Source: Eledone cirrhosa
Taxonomy: Eukaryota
Length of the DNA: 64,000 nucleotides
Direction: 5' to 3'
Assembly (NCBI GenBank): GCA_964016885.1
Contig: OZ024742.1
Span: forward strand, 47,492,001 to 47,556,000
Shown here: positions 50,042-62,420 of the stretch, one piece after another
Layout: each line of letters begins with the position of its first letter
Position numbering within the stretch: position 1 is the first letter of the stretch
The notes under the pieces: model-generated
What the model saw: only the letters and a program-made list of their open reading frames with translations
Told to the model about the DNA's origin: nothing
Database searches by the model: none
Program-made: the position numbers and the translations under genes

Positions 50042-50075
<34 letters not shown>
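48450..50075 (+). mobile_element. R4/Dong-clade LINE, 5'-truncated and internally deleted, with duplicated 3' end
   Basis: GIFQGDSLSPLLF, HLFYMVDLKLFA, YKYLGV, RIYLPRKEGGRGL, C-terminal IQKIVLMGTAHILRK; 3' end twice (49528-49800, 49806-50075), each with a (TAA)n tail. Confidence 0.8.
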
Positions 50076-50076
<1 letters not shown>

Positions 50077-50077
<1 letters not shown>

Positions 50078-52480
50078 TTTTCTTTATTTACCACTAAAGA
50101 GCGGGATGTTCCAAGAAAGGTCTCCAGACGCCGGAAGAAATAAGGCCGCCCTGCTCCTGTCGGGGCATAGACGGCCACTAGCCTGAAAGCTTGCCCGTCT
50201 CCGCTGGTCACGTACAGCACCACCAACTTACCCTCTGGATCCAGGAAGATGGCCCGTATGGCGAGATCCAAACCTCTCCGAAAAAGCACAGCAACTCCAC
50301 CCCACGATCCAGGACGGCTGGGAGATGCATACACATCGTAGCCGCCGAAGATCGGTGCGAAGGCCCGTGCTTTGGAGATTCTGGTCTCGCTGATGGCCAC
50401 TACATCTATGTTTAGTGGCCTGAGGTCGTTGAGCAGGTGACCCTGCTTCCATGATGACCCCAAGCCACGCGCATTTATGCTGCATATTCTGAGTGAGGTC
50501 ATGTTGAAATAGAGTGGAAGAGATGGGAAAGACCACTTACCGTACTTTTCGTAGAGGAAGGATGGTTTTTCCATCCCTTTTCACTTGATCGTCTGGTGAA
50601 GAGACCGTTGAATCGTCCCTTCGGCTGGTCGTCGGCTCTTCTATGAGTATGTTCGATATACTCTTCGGTTGAGAGTCCCTCCTAGGTCTCTGAAATCACC
50701 AACTGTGTTGGGGAATTTCGTCTTAATGTTTGTGTATTGTTTCTGTGCTATTTTTAGCAGTCTTATGTTAGTTGTCGTTTTGATTGGTGCTGGTATTATG
50801 TAGTCGTGTTGTGAAATGACTGTGTGTTCAATTATGTAAGTCATTAGTTTCTTGTTGTGTGTATTTATTGCCGTGCATTTGTTTTTCTGGGGGTGTGGTG
50901 TGGTTCTGCTATTTTCTTATCGTTGTTGCTGGGTGTGTGTGTTTTGTTGTTGTGTTTGCGATGTTGGTGCCTGTGGTGGTGGGGTTGAAGGTGTTGTTGT
51001 TGTTGGCGGTGGGGTTGTCGCCGGTGGTGATGGTGGTGCTAGTGTGGGTGGTGATGGTATTGGTGGTGTTGCTGCTGTGAGTCTCTTTGCAGTAGCCTTT
51101 ACCCTTTTTTCATTTCTTTCCTCCCTTTCGAAGGCGACGATGCGCTTCTTCTGCGTCTGTGCCTTCTTACGACCTTTTGCCATCCCTCTCCCACCTCACA
51201 CTCCATGTCTGATTCTGTGAGGTCGGGGAGGGGTACCAGCTCCACTCTTTCACTTCTTGTTGTTGGTGATGTTTGCACTGGAGTCTCTGTTGCAGCTGCA
51301 TTTGGTATTGCTGTTGTTGTTGTTAATACTTCCACTGCTGCTGCTGTTTTTGATTTCCGTAGCGTGGGTATGGGTGCCACGGACCTATCGTTCCTGGTTG
51401 CCGCTTGTCCTGTTGCTGGTAGCCGTGGAGCCGGTTTCGGAAGGAGGAGGGTTTTCTCCTTTCTCACGGTATTCTCGTTGCAGAAGGCCCTGAGGTGAGT
51501 CTACGATCCACAGCGAAAGCATTTCGGGCGTTTGCCCTCAACACTTATGGGCAGTTGAGTGCCGTTATCGAAGTCTATCACATCCGGGATAGCTTCGATG
51601 CACTCCTGGTTGGTTTGGATTAACATCTCAATGGAGGTGCCGACCCAATCTTTTCTTACATTTTTCTCGGGTGATATGCGTTTTACGCTGCCACACAGAC
51701 CCTAAGACTTGTTGTATTTGAGCCGCTGTGGCTCTTTCAACCCTACGGGATTTTGGGTTTACTGTACGGTACGTGACCGTACAGTGCTGTTGGTTTTCGA
51801 AAAAATTTTCGGCTGCCTTGCAGATTGCTCTGTGTATTGTTTTCGTCACCATCTTCTTCGCTTCCTCTAATTCCTCATTTGTTATGAGGATGGTTTCCAG
51901 GTTCTTTGCGATACCTGCAAACGAGATTGGTTTTTCTTTGCTGCTGTTGTGGTTGTTGTTGTTGTTGTCGTCAGAGCTGCTGTTAATCTTGTGGTTGCTG
52001 CAGGTACTACGACTACTGCCGCAGCCGCTGTTGCTCTGGTTGTTGTTGTTGCTGCTGCTGCTGTTGTTGTTGCTGTTGCTGCTAATGCTGTTGTTGTTTA
52101 TGCTGCTGCTGATGCTGTTTCGGCTGCTACCGTTGGTTCCTTGTCACTGTTGCTGCTGCTGCTGTTATTACGGCTGTTACTGCTATTATTCATGACGTCA
52201 GACGAATGAAATGGGTTTTCGTATTTCCCGCACACCTTTTTCGTCGTTGTCGTCGTCGTGGTGGAGAAATCTTGCACGCTTTGCACGTTATTTTTCTTTT
52301 CTGGCGTTGCTTGCGAAAGAGAAGGGAGGGAGAAAGACACATTTAGAGAAGGGAGGGAGAGAGCCAATCTTCTCTCTGCTGTAGTGACGATTGAGGAAGA
52401 AGGCGGAATGAGTGGGAGTGACCTATGAAAATTCTTTTTCGTAGCCATGTTTTTTTTTTTTGTTTAAAATAAATATTGGG
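50077..52480 (-). mobile_element. Tx1/L1-clade LINE: ORF1 remnant + APE N-terminus joined directly to the 3' terminus
   Basis: SINARGL, VAISET, LVAVYAP; ORF1 zinc knuckle CFRCGS.THLRAFC; ends GTGGTAAATAAAGAAAAC + (ATT)n. Confidence 0.8.
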
Positions 52481-52665
52481 CACAAAACCCCAATAAGCGG
52501 TTATTTAACCCCGAAGGGCTAAATAACGGGCAGAAAGACCCTTCTCACGAAGAGGAGGGTGTTTTTGTCTAAAAGTTGGTTAAAGTTTTAAACAATATAC
52601 AATTGTTATAGCGGTCAACATTTACAATACCTTACAGAGCCGAGCCTCCGTCAACCATAGCATTC

Positions 52666-52730
<65 letters not shown>

Positions 52731-55700
52731 TTTCTTTATTAACCACAAGGGTTTACATAAAGTAGACATTAAGGACAGTGCAGGACAAAGCAGGACGGTA
52801 CAAATGGGCATTTCTGCGTGTAAAAACAAAAACAGAGAATGTAACAAAAAACAACAATGAAAAATTCCCCATTGGGGGGGAGACTTCGGAGGGACATTTG
52901 TGGAGAAAGCGCAGTAAAAGGCAACAATGACCCTGACCACCAAGGCAAGTGCCCTCTCCCAGTTTTCCACCTTTAATTTACAGATATATACTCAGAGTAG
53001 GCCCATTCACTCTGGCCATTCTTGCTTCTCTCACCCATCTTTCAACAAAATGCTGGGAAGAGAGCACTTCCCTCGCTACTCTGATTTTCCTTTTCAAGTG
53101 AAATTTCAAGTGAAATTTGGCGTTCGACACCACTACGGGGACATCGTCCGCATATGCTGACACGGATCTTCCGCATCCTAGTTCGCGCGGGACGCCCCTC
53201 AACGTCTCCAGTTTGTGCAGTAATGGCTCGAGAGTCAATACGTACAAGAGGGACGAGTGGGGACATCCTTGGTGGACCGAGCGCATGATGTTGAACGGTT
53301 ACGACAGGTGACCGTTCACTCTCACCACAGAGCAGATGTCGCTGTGCATGGCAGCGATCCAGCCTCTGAAGACGGGCCCAAAGCCAGCCGCCCTCAGGAC
53401 TGCCGCTAGGTAATAATGGTCGACCCTATCGAAAGCTTTCGACTGATCTAAATTGATCAAGGACTCACCCGTGCCAGGTTCCCTAGATACCCTCTCTACG
53501 ATGTATCGCATGAGGTGGAGGTTGTCGTGGGTGGATCTGTCGGGAATGGCGCATGTCTGCGCCTCTCCCACCAGACCACCAACGACAAGCGACAACCTCT
53601 TTGCTAGCACCTTGGCCAAAATCTTGAACTCTGTGTTTAGCAGAGTTATGGGCCGGAAATTATCTATGTTATCCCCCTTGTTCGGATCCTTTCTCAGCAG
53701 TTCCACCGCTCCTCGGCTCTCAGAACTGGGAACTCTCCCGTTCTGTTGCCAGTTGCAGTAGACGTCCGCCAAGAGGCCTCCGAACAAGTCTGGCATCTGT
53801 ACGTAAATTTCATAGGGCAGACCATCCAAACTAGGCGATTTACCCCTTGTGCAGCCAGTCTTTGCCTCCCTTACTTCAGCGGCTGTTATCGGCTTTTCGC
53901 AACACTTCGCCTCAGTGGCCGAGAGCCGCGGCAGTCCGTCGAGGTAGACAATAAAGTCCATCTCTCGACCCGGCCCACCGCTGCCCCCGCACAGCTGAGC
54001 GAAGTGTCGCTGAAAAGCTTCACACATTTGCCCGGGATCGAGTAGCATGCGCCCGTCGTGGTCCACCAAAGACTGGATCGTGGCTTTGTTGCCACGATGC
54101 GCCTCCGCCACTCGGGCCCATTGAACGGCTTTCGTGCCCTCTTGTCTGAGAGCACGCACCCTAGCTCTGACAACGCAACCTTCGTGCTTTGCATTGAAGA
54201 ATCGGTCAAGGGCCAATTTCGCCGCAGGTTCGTCGGTCGCGATGCCTTTGCTAGGCGCCTCGTTTAATTGTCTAACTAATTCTCCCTCTGCTCTATTTTT
54301 CTCTATTGTTAAAGCCTTACTAAACCTAATGTCGGGGCATAGACGGCCACTAGCCTGAAAGCTTGCCCGTCGCCGCTGGTCACGTCTAGCACCACCAACT
54401 TACCCTCTGGGTCCAGGAAGATGGCCCGTATGGCGACATCCAAACCTCTCCGAAAAAGCCAGAAACTCATCCCCCCGATCCCGGACGGCTGGGAGATGCG
54501 TACACATCGTACCCGCCGAAGATCGGTGCGAAGGACCGTGCTTCGGAGATTCTGGTCTCGCTGATGGCCACTACATCTATGTTTAGTGACCTGAGGTCGT
54601 AGAGCAGGTGGCCCTGCTTCCATGACGACCCCAAGCCACGCGCATTTATGCTGCCTATTCTGATTGAGGTCATGTTGAAATTGAGTGGAAAAGATTGGAA
54701 AGACCACTTACCTTACTTCTCGTAGAGGAAGGATGGTTTTTCCATCCTTTTCACTGCTTGTGGCCTCCTCCGGAAGGATGTCCTCATAAATCCTCCTGGA
54801 GAATTTTTTTTTCGGAAGTCTCCGATGCTTTGGGGAATTTTTGTTTTAGTGTCGTGTACGTTTTCTGTGTGATGCGAGTGATTTGTATGTGTGGAGGTGG
54901 TGTGAACTTTTGGGTTGTTGTGTAGTCTTTTTCTGTTGTGTTGCATGTAGTGTTGTGTTGCATGTAGTGTAATAATTGGTTGTTATTCAAATTTAATGCT
55001 GTGTAGTGTGTATTGTTTTCGTTGTTTTGTTTTGTTTGCGTTTGTTGTGGATTTGTTTCTGTTACGCTTTTTGGTGACTTTTGTTGTGTTGGTGATGGTG
55101 GTGTTGGGGTTAATGATGGTGATGGTGTCGGTGTTTGTGGTGATGGTGTTGGTGATGCTGGTGTGGATGGTGGCATATCTGTCTTAACTTTCTTGTTCGA
55201 TAATTTATTTTTTTCCCTCTGTAATTTGTTTTTTGAGGGGGAAGGAAGTGAATTTTTTCTTTTTGGATTTCTTTTTTTTTTCTTTCCTGATACCGTTTCC
55301 CACTCCTCGTCGTCACAATCTGTCTCCAGTTGCGATAAGCCGGGGAGTGGAAAATCTTCCACAGGCGTTGATTTTGGTTGTGGTGTGGTGGATGGTGTAG
55401 GCGCTGGTGCTAGTTCTGGGGCGTTGGGTGGTTGTGGTGTTGGTTTTGCTACTGTTGCTGGGGTTGTTGCTGCTAGAGTTGCTTCTGTTGTTGCTGTTAC
55501 AGTTGTTGCTGCTATTTCTGCTGCTGGTGGTGTTGATGGTTGAGTCATTGCGGTGGGTAAGAGAGGTGGCCCTCAACATTTTAGCCTGAGGGCAGAATGC
55601 CCTTAGGTGGGTTCTTTCACCACGAACAACACACCTAGGTCTTCTTCCCTCGACGATTATGGTGAGGTGGCTGCCGTCAGTGAGGTCTATTACCTCTGGG

Positions 55701-56700
55701 ATCTCCTCAATGCTTTTATGGTTCGCTTGGATCAGGAGCTCCATCCCAGATCCGGACCAGTTCTCCTGCTTTTCTTTTGCTATTTCTATTATTTTGGTGA
55801 TGGCCTCGATGCCGGCGAGGACGGCGGCCATTAGCCATGGAATTTCGATGGCCGGTGGAACGTGGGTCACCCTGATCTTCACAAGTCTCTGGTCACAATA
55901 GCTTGGGACGAGTGTGAAGTCGTCACTTCTTAATGGGGCCATGGAGTGTTCTCTAGCCTCCTGTCGTGTTTCAAAGAACACGTCCAAGGTTCCATATTTT
56001 TGCGCACGTCTGATGTGGGTTGCTTTTGCCCACACATGTCCCAAAGCTTTTGGGATTTGGGACTCGGATGCCCGTTCCACTAAGCGCGATTTTATATTAA
56101 TTGTTCGACAAGACACGGTGCATAGGCGCCGATGCTCCATTTTATTAGGTAGGGGTGAGGCTGACCCTGTACCCATCTTTCTTTACCATTTGTTTGGCTT
56201 CTTCTAATTCCTCCTGAGTTACCTGAAATGCTTCGCACTGTTTTGCTACTCTGGCAAAACTCAGGGTGGTTTTCTTAATGTCATTGTTGCTGTTGTTGTT
56301 ATCGTTATTTTTGTTATTATTAATTTTAATTTCAGTTGTGGTGGGTGTGGCGTCAGTGGTGTTCGGTGTGGAAGAGTTCATTTTGGTTGAATTCATTTCG
56401 ATATCACGAGTTAATTTATTTTTTTCCTTTGTTTCTGTTGTCGCTGTGGTGGTGGTGGGGGTGGCGGCTTTAAGACCTGCAGTCATTGTTAATGGCGGGA
56501 AATGAACGTCTGCCTGAGACGAATTTAAAATATTGCTACTGCTTACATTTCCAGTGTTGGCAATACTTACAATGATCGTGTCGGTGTGAGGTTTTAGATT
56601 GTGAGGAAGGAGTGACTCTGAGTCATCCATGATTTTTCAAAGAAAAATGTTTGTTTGATAATTATAAAAAGTTTAAATTTTGGGCTCAAGGCCCCAATAT
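52731..56700 (-). mobile_element. Tx1/L1-clade LINE with ORF1 and internally deleted ORF2
   Basis: ORF1 pieces 56145-56630, 55313-56176 (RRM-like region, degenerate CCHC knuckle), 54784-55548; APE 54309-54673; RT 53100-54216; 3' UTR ending in (TTA)n. Confidence 0.85.
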
Positions 56701-56863
56701 TTTTGAGTGTCCTTTTCAGAAATGAATGTATGTGCACTTATATACAGTTAACAATAACATTTTTCCATAAATGGCAATTTTAAACAACTGAAAATAACAA
56801 ACCTTTGCGAAGCTCACGATGATACGATTTACTACGTAGGTCGCCAATAATAATAATAATAAC

Positions 56864-56914
<51 letters not shown>

Positions 56915-57813
56915 TATAATAATAATAATAAGAAGAAGAAGAATGCCAAGAGCGTAATGTGACAATGTTTTCGTTCTTTAATAATGTGTTATGTTTAAAT
57001 TCTCAATGGCACACACGAGGGTTCAATATATATCAGTAAATGTTTCGCATACAATATGCTTTCTATCTAAAATATCCTAAAGGGAACCGCCAGCTCGAAG
57101 GCTTAAATTGTCTGTTGGTTTTTAAACTCAATAGAAGTTTTGAACAACATTCATGTCGAAAGCTTTATTATTATATCAATGCGATCTAATTCATTTTGTG
57201 ACACTCGTGGGTTTTAGGAAGCAAACTTTATTAAGCATGGGTGGTCGGATTGAAATATTGATGGAAATATAATATTAAACGCATATGCATTAACATTTAC
57301 ATTCTTAAAAGAAACGTCTCCACGCTGCATTAATAATACATATGAAAACACACAGTTTTATAGTAGAGAAAATACTTATATTTAGAATCTCAGTAAGGTA
57401 ATAATTTACACTTTCGCTTTTTGTAAATTTATATATTGTATATTATATTCCTATTTATTGAATATCCCACAAGTGTCGTTTGTTTACTGCTCAATATACA
57501 GAAATATTCTATCGAGTCCTTTGTTACCAACTAAGGAACGTTGAAAATTGAAAGCCGAAGCAATGAAATGTTACATCGTCAGTTCCATATCTTTTCGCTC
57601 ATAAACGTTCAAATCATAACACAAGAGAGATTACGAACAAATTTATATTTCTCATTGCTTAGCTGATTTATAGCTATTCACCAGTATTTAAATAACACTT
57701 TGGGATCCATTATAGTGAATATATATCTATATCTCTATATATATCTATATATATATATACACACACATACATAGATTGATATGCATTTATAGATATGTAG
57801 ATACATATATGTA

Positions 57814-57846
<33 letters not shown>

Positions 57847-57848
57847 GT

Positions 57849-60800
57849 TTAAATGCGCGTGGCCTGGGCTCAACTTGGAAGCAAGCAATGCTTCTAAATG
57901 ACCTCAGGTCACAACGTATAGATGTGATGGTTATTTGCGAGGCCCGGATCAGCAACGTGCAACAGCTGGCCCCCACCTTTGATGACTTTGAGATGCACGC
58001 ATCTCTCTGTCAGCCCGGAGGTGGGGGTGGAGTTGTCGTTCTGCTGCAAAAACATCTGGGTCTCGCAACACAGATGGTACATTTGGACCCGGAGGGTCGA
58101 CTAGTGGTTCTGGACGTTGGCAGTGGTAAAGGCGGAGCGTTTAGGTTGGTAGCCGCCTACGGCCCTTTCGGGTCAATGCGGCCGGACTTCTTCCATCGTC
58201 TGGAGACTTTTCTAGGGACGTCCCGCTCCTTGCTATTAGTGGGGGACTGGAATGGTATCCTAGATGCACGCTGGGACTACGTAGGGGCCTGCTCTGATAG
58301 AGAGGGGTGTAATAGCCTCAAAGGGTTAATCGGTCGATTTGACCTGGCCGATAGATATCGACTAGATTTTCCGACTGCGCCAACCTGGACTTGGGCAAAT
58401 CGTAGCGGATCATCTAGGTCGTACCTAGATAGGTTCTTAGTTAGAATTAAGGATAAGGACTTTTTAAGTTGTCCAAAAATGCGCATGGTTGGCTATTCAG
58501 ACCACAAATTAGTGACCTGCATGGTCAACCTTGACAGAACTCATAGACAGGGCCCCGGTTACTGGAAGCTCAACTTGTCCTTGCCGGCAAGTAGAGCCTA
58601 CAGGAATCGGATTAGTACGTTAGTTAAGGAACGGTTGACTGGAGCGATCGTCAACAGCAGGTGGTGGGTATCTCTAAAGAGAGAGATTAGAGTAGTCTCG
58701 ATAGAATTTAGTAAGGTTCTAGCTGCGGATAGGAATAGGAAGGAAAGGGAGCTAATAGATAGAGTAGAAGAGGCAATTAGAAGCGGCGACGTGGCCAGAG
58801 TGCTAGCGTCGAGAACGGCTTTGAGCCAGTTTTTCGACGCGAAGCACGAAGGCTGCGTTGTCCGAAGTAAAATACGTGCTCTAGGGAACGAGGGGACCAA
58901 AGCTGTTACCTGGGCCCGCGTGACAGAGGCCAACAGTGGAACTAAATCCACCATCCGGTCTTTGCGAGACCTGGATGGACGGGCGATTCTTGAGCCTAAG
59001 CAGATGTGTGAGGCCTTTCAAAGGCACTTTGCCCGACTGTTCGGGAGGGGCGGGGAGCCGGTTGGGAACGTGGACTTCGGTCCATACCTCGACGGCCTGC
59101 CGCGCCTCTCGGACAGGGAGGCGAAGTCCTGCGAGGAGCCGATTTCGGCCGCTGAGATAGAGGACGTGCTGAGCCAATGCGGCAAACGCAAATCCCCGGG
59201 TCTCGATGGTCTTCCTTACGAATTATATCTAGCTATGCCGGACTTGTTCCCCGATCTCCTCGAGGCGGTCTACTGCAACTGGCAACAGAACGGGAGAATT
59301 CCCTGTACTGTGACCAAGGGCGTAGTCACGCTAGTGAGGAAGGACGAGAACAAGGGGGACGAAATAAGTAACTTCAGGCCCATAACACTGCTAAATACAG
59401 AGTTACAGATTTTGGCCAAGGTGCTAGCAAAGAGGTTGGCGCTTGTTGTGGGCAACCTGGTGGGAGATGCGCAGACATGCGCTATCCCGTCCAGGTCCAT
59501 CCATGACAACCTCCACCTCATGCGATACATCATAGAGAGGGTTGGGAACGAACCCGGCTTTGGTGGGGCTCTGATCAACTTGGATCAATCTAAGGCGTTC
59601 GATAGGGTCAACCATGGTTACCTGGATGCGGTGCTAGCGGCGGCAGGCTTCGGACCCGTTTTCAGGGGCTGGATCACTGCTATGCACAGCAGCCGCATCT
59701 GCTCTAGGGTCAAGGTGAACGGCTACCTCTCGGAGCCGTTCAAAATCGCGCGGTCCATCCGACAAGGGTGCCCTCTCTCCTCCCTTCTGTATGTGTTGAC
59801 TCTCGAGCCACTACTGCGGAAGTTGGAGTTGTTGCAGGGCATCCCTTTGGAACCGGGATTGCGGAAAGCGGTGTCGGCCTACGCCGATGACGTGACAGTA
59901 ATGGTGTCGACAGCCTCCGAAATCGAGGCGGTCGGCACCTTACTGGAGGAGTACGAAAAGTTCACAGGGGCTAAGCTGAACCGGGACAAGTCGATCGGTT
60001 TGCAACTCGGCACGTGGAGGGGCAGACCGATGCCCTCCGATGGCGTCGTCGGACGCTGGACGGAGGGCCCGGTGAAGTTGCTCGGGGTCTGGTTCGGACC
60101 GGACCTCCAGGTGGAGAAAAACTGGGCGGAGGTTACGAACAGGGTGTTTGCACTGACCCAGAAGTGGGCCAGTTGCAAACTATCCCTGAAAGGTCGGGCG
60201 GAGGTGGCGAACACCTACATAGCGTCCGTCATCTACTACCGCCTGACCGTAGTGCCCTGCCCAAGGGAAACCCTCACCAAGATGGAGCGCGCGCTCTTCC
60301 AATTCCTTTGGAAGAGGCGGGCTCCTATGGTGAGGAGATCCATCTGCTGTCAACACCCTTCGAAAGGAGGGCTGGGGATGCCGTGGCTAATGATGCGTAA
60401 ACACGCATTAAGGCTACGGCACCTCTACGTATTCCTCACCGGACAACCGGTGTGGGCCTCGTTTGTGAGACGAACCTTTCCCAGACTCGTCTCACTCACC
60501 GAGCTGCAATCCTGGGTCAAGCAAAGACCGAGAAAACTGGGCGCCTGGCACACTGAGTGTGCCCAGGCGCTCACCGCCCTCTGGCAGGCGGATCCGGTTA
60601 TCAGTGGAGACTCCACCGCAACATTCTATAGAGGGCTGTTACGCAGCAGGTGCGACGACGCCCTCGGAGAAGCCCTAGACATGGAGGAGGACGAACTGGC
60701 CAGCCTGTTCGGTAGGACATTCAGCCCGAGACCTATGGACAACTTCCAGAAGTCCCTGGCCTGGCAGTGCTACCGAGGGGCTTTACCCGTTCGAGAAAGG

Positions 60801-61525
60801 CTCTACAGACACGGGCGCCCGGGTAGGGACCCCGCCAAAAAGATCTGTCCCAGATGCGTGTGCGACGAGGAAACCGTTGCACACGCATTGGTACACTGCT
60901 CGGGCGTAGCCGATCTGTGGGGCTATGTCGAACAACTGCTGTCAAGGGTGGGACCGATCCGGTTGACCACCGAGTCTATTGTAATGATCAAGCCGCCTCC
61001 CCCCTTCAAAGATGAAGCAGAGGCGGTGTTTCTGTGCGTAATAGCCATGGCGAAAGAGGTTGTATGGTGGACGCGTCTGAAAGGACTGAGGTCAGACACC
61101 TTTCTCTCTGGCCAACAACCGGTCCGTTTCTTCCGATATCATTTCGGAAGAAGGATCAGGATGGAGAGAGAGGTGCTGCACCCCAGCCGTTTCTATGAAA
61201 GATGGGTGAAAGTGGCGAGAATGGCCCGTGTGAATGGGCCTTCACTCTACATCAGACTATAGGTGAGGAAGATGAAAGACCAAGGGAGCACCCCTTCTCT
61301 GTGCTCCTGAGGAGAAGGGTTGCACACTTTTTTCGGGGGTGTGTGCGACCCCCCAAGGCGCCTCCTCTCTATTGAGGATTTTGTTAAAAATTTTATTTTT
61401 TGTTATATCTTATTTTATTTTTATATTTTGTTATTGCCTCCTCCTTATTGAGGACGCCTTTTTGTGTAAACTCCCCCCTTTGTACTTGTCCCACTTTTGA
61501 TGCCCTAGTGGCAAATAAAAGAAAC

Positions 61526-61526
<1 letters not shown>
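57849..61526 (+). mobile_element. Young Tx1-like LINE, 5'-truncated at the ORF2 start, inserted in (TATC)n
   Basis: (CTAT)n on both flanks; 3' UTR ends GTGGCAAATAAAAGAAA; no ORF1. Confidence 0.85.
57888..61262 (+). CDS. Tx1/L1-clade LINE ORF2: APE endonuclease + reverse transcriptase + C-terminal CCHC zinc finger
   Basis: Uninterrupted 1124 aa: GDWN, SYLDRF, SDH, PGLDGLP, FRPITLLN, DQSKAFDRV, QGCPLS, YADD, GGLG, CPRC...ET..H...C; upstream in-frame LNARGL from 57849. Confidence 0.92.
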   Translation: MLLNDLRSQRIDVMVICEARISNVQQLAPTFDDFEMHASLCQPGGGGGVVVLLQKHLGLATQMVHLDPEGRLVVLDVGSGKGGAFRLVAAYGPFGSMRPDFFHRLETFLGTSRSLLLVGDWNGILDARWDYVGACSDREGCNSLKGLIGRFDLADRYRLDFPTAPTWTWANRSGSSRSYLDRFLVRIKDKDFLSCPKMRMVGYSDHKLVTCMVNLDRTHRQGPGYWKLNLSLPASRAYRNRISTLVKERLTGAIVNSRWWVSLKREIRVVSIEFSKVLAADRNRKERELIDRVEEAIRSGDVARVLASRTALSQFFDAKHEGCVVRSKIRALGNEGTKAVTWARVTEANSGTKSTIRSLRDLDGRAILEPKQMCEAFQRHFARLFGRGGEPVGNVDFGPYLDGLPRLSDREAKSCEEPISAAEIEDVLSQCGKRKSPGLDGLPYELYLAMPDLFPDLLEAVYCNWQQNGRIPCTVTKGVVTLVRKDENKGDEISNFRPITLLNTELQILAKVLAKRLALVVGNLVGDAQTCAIPSRSIHDNLHLMRYIIERVGNEPGFGGALINLDQSKAFDRVNHGYLDAVLAAAGFGPVFRGWITAMHSSRICSRVKVNGYLSEPFKIARSIRQGCPLSSLLYVLTLEPLLRKLELLQGIPLEPGLRKAVSAYADDVTVMVSTASEIEAVGTLLEEYEKFTGAKLNRDKSIGLQLGTWRGRPMPSDGVVGRWTEGPVKLLGVWFGPDLQVEKNWAEVTNRVFALTQKWASCKLSLKGRAEVANTYIASVIYYRLTVVPCPRETLTKMERALFQFLWKRRAPMVRRSICCQHPSKGGLGMPWLMMRKHALRLRHLYVFLTGQPVWASFVRRTFPRLVSLTELQSWVKQRPRKLGAWHTECAQALTALWQADPVISGDSTATFYRGLLRSRCDDALGEALDMEEDELASLFGRTFSPRPMDNFQKSLAWQCYRGALPVRERLYRHGRPGRDPAKKICPRCVCDEETVAHALVHCSGVADLWGYVEQLLSRVGPIRLTTESIVMIKPPPPFKDEAEAVFLCVIAMAKEVVWWTRLKGLRSDTFLSGQQPVRFFRYHFGRRIRMEREVLHPSRFYERWVKVARMARVNGPSLYIRL

Positions 61527-61581
<55 letters not shown>

Positions 61582-61582
61582 A

Positions 61583-61637
<55 letters not shown>

Positions 61638-61651
61638 ATATATATAGATAT

Positions 61652-62296
61652 ACACGCATTAGTACACTGCTCGGGCGTAGCCGATCTGTGGGGCTATGTC
61701 GAACAACTGCTGTCAAGGGTGGGACCGATCCGGTTGACCACCGAGTCTATTGTAATGATCAAGCCGCCTCCCCCCTTCAAAGATGAAGCAGAGGCGGTGT
61801 TTCTGTGCGTAATAGCCATGGCGAAAGAGGTTGTATGGTGGACGCGTCTGAAAGGACTGAGGTCGGGCACCTTTCTCTCTGGCCAACAACTGGTCCGTTT
61901 CTTCCGATATCATTTCGGAAGAAGGATCAGGATGGAGAGAGAGGTGCTGCACCCCAGCCGTTTCTATGAAAGGTGGGTGAAAGTGGCGAGAATGGCCCGT
62001 GTGAATGGGCCTTCACTCTACATCAGACTATAGGTGAGGAAGATGAAAGACCAAGGGAGCACCCCTTCTCTGTGCTCCTGAGGAGAAGGGTTGCACACTT
62101 TTTTCGGGGGTGTGTGCGACCCCCCAAGGCGCCTCCTCTCTATTGAGGATTTTGTTAAAAATTTTATTTTTTGTTATATCTTATTTTATTTTTATATTTT
62201 GTTATTGCCTCCTCCTTATTGAGGACGCCTTTTTGTGTAAACTCCCCCCTTTGTACTTGTCCCACTTTTGATGCCCTAGTGGCAAATAAAAGAAAT
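61652..62296 (+). mobile_element. Second 5'-truncated copy of the same Tx1-like LINE, tandem
   Basis: Near-identical to 60881-61525 with a few substitutions and one insertion. Confidence 0.85.
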
Positions 62297-62323
62297 ATAT
62301 CTATATATATATGTATATATATC

Positions 62324-62420
<97 letters not shown>

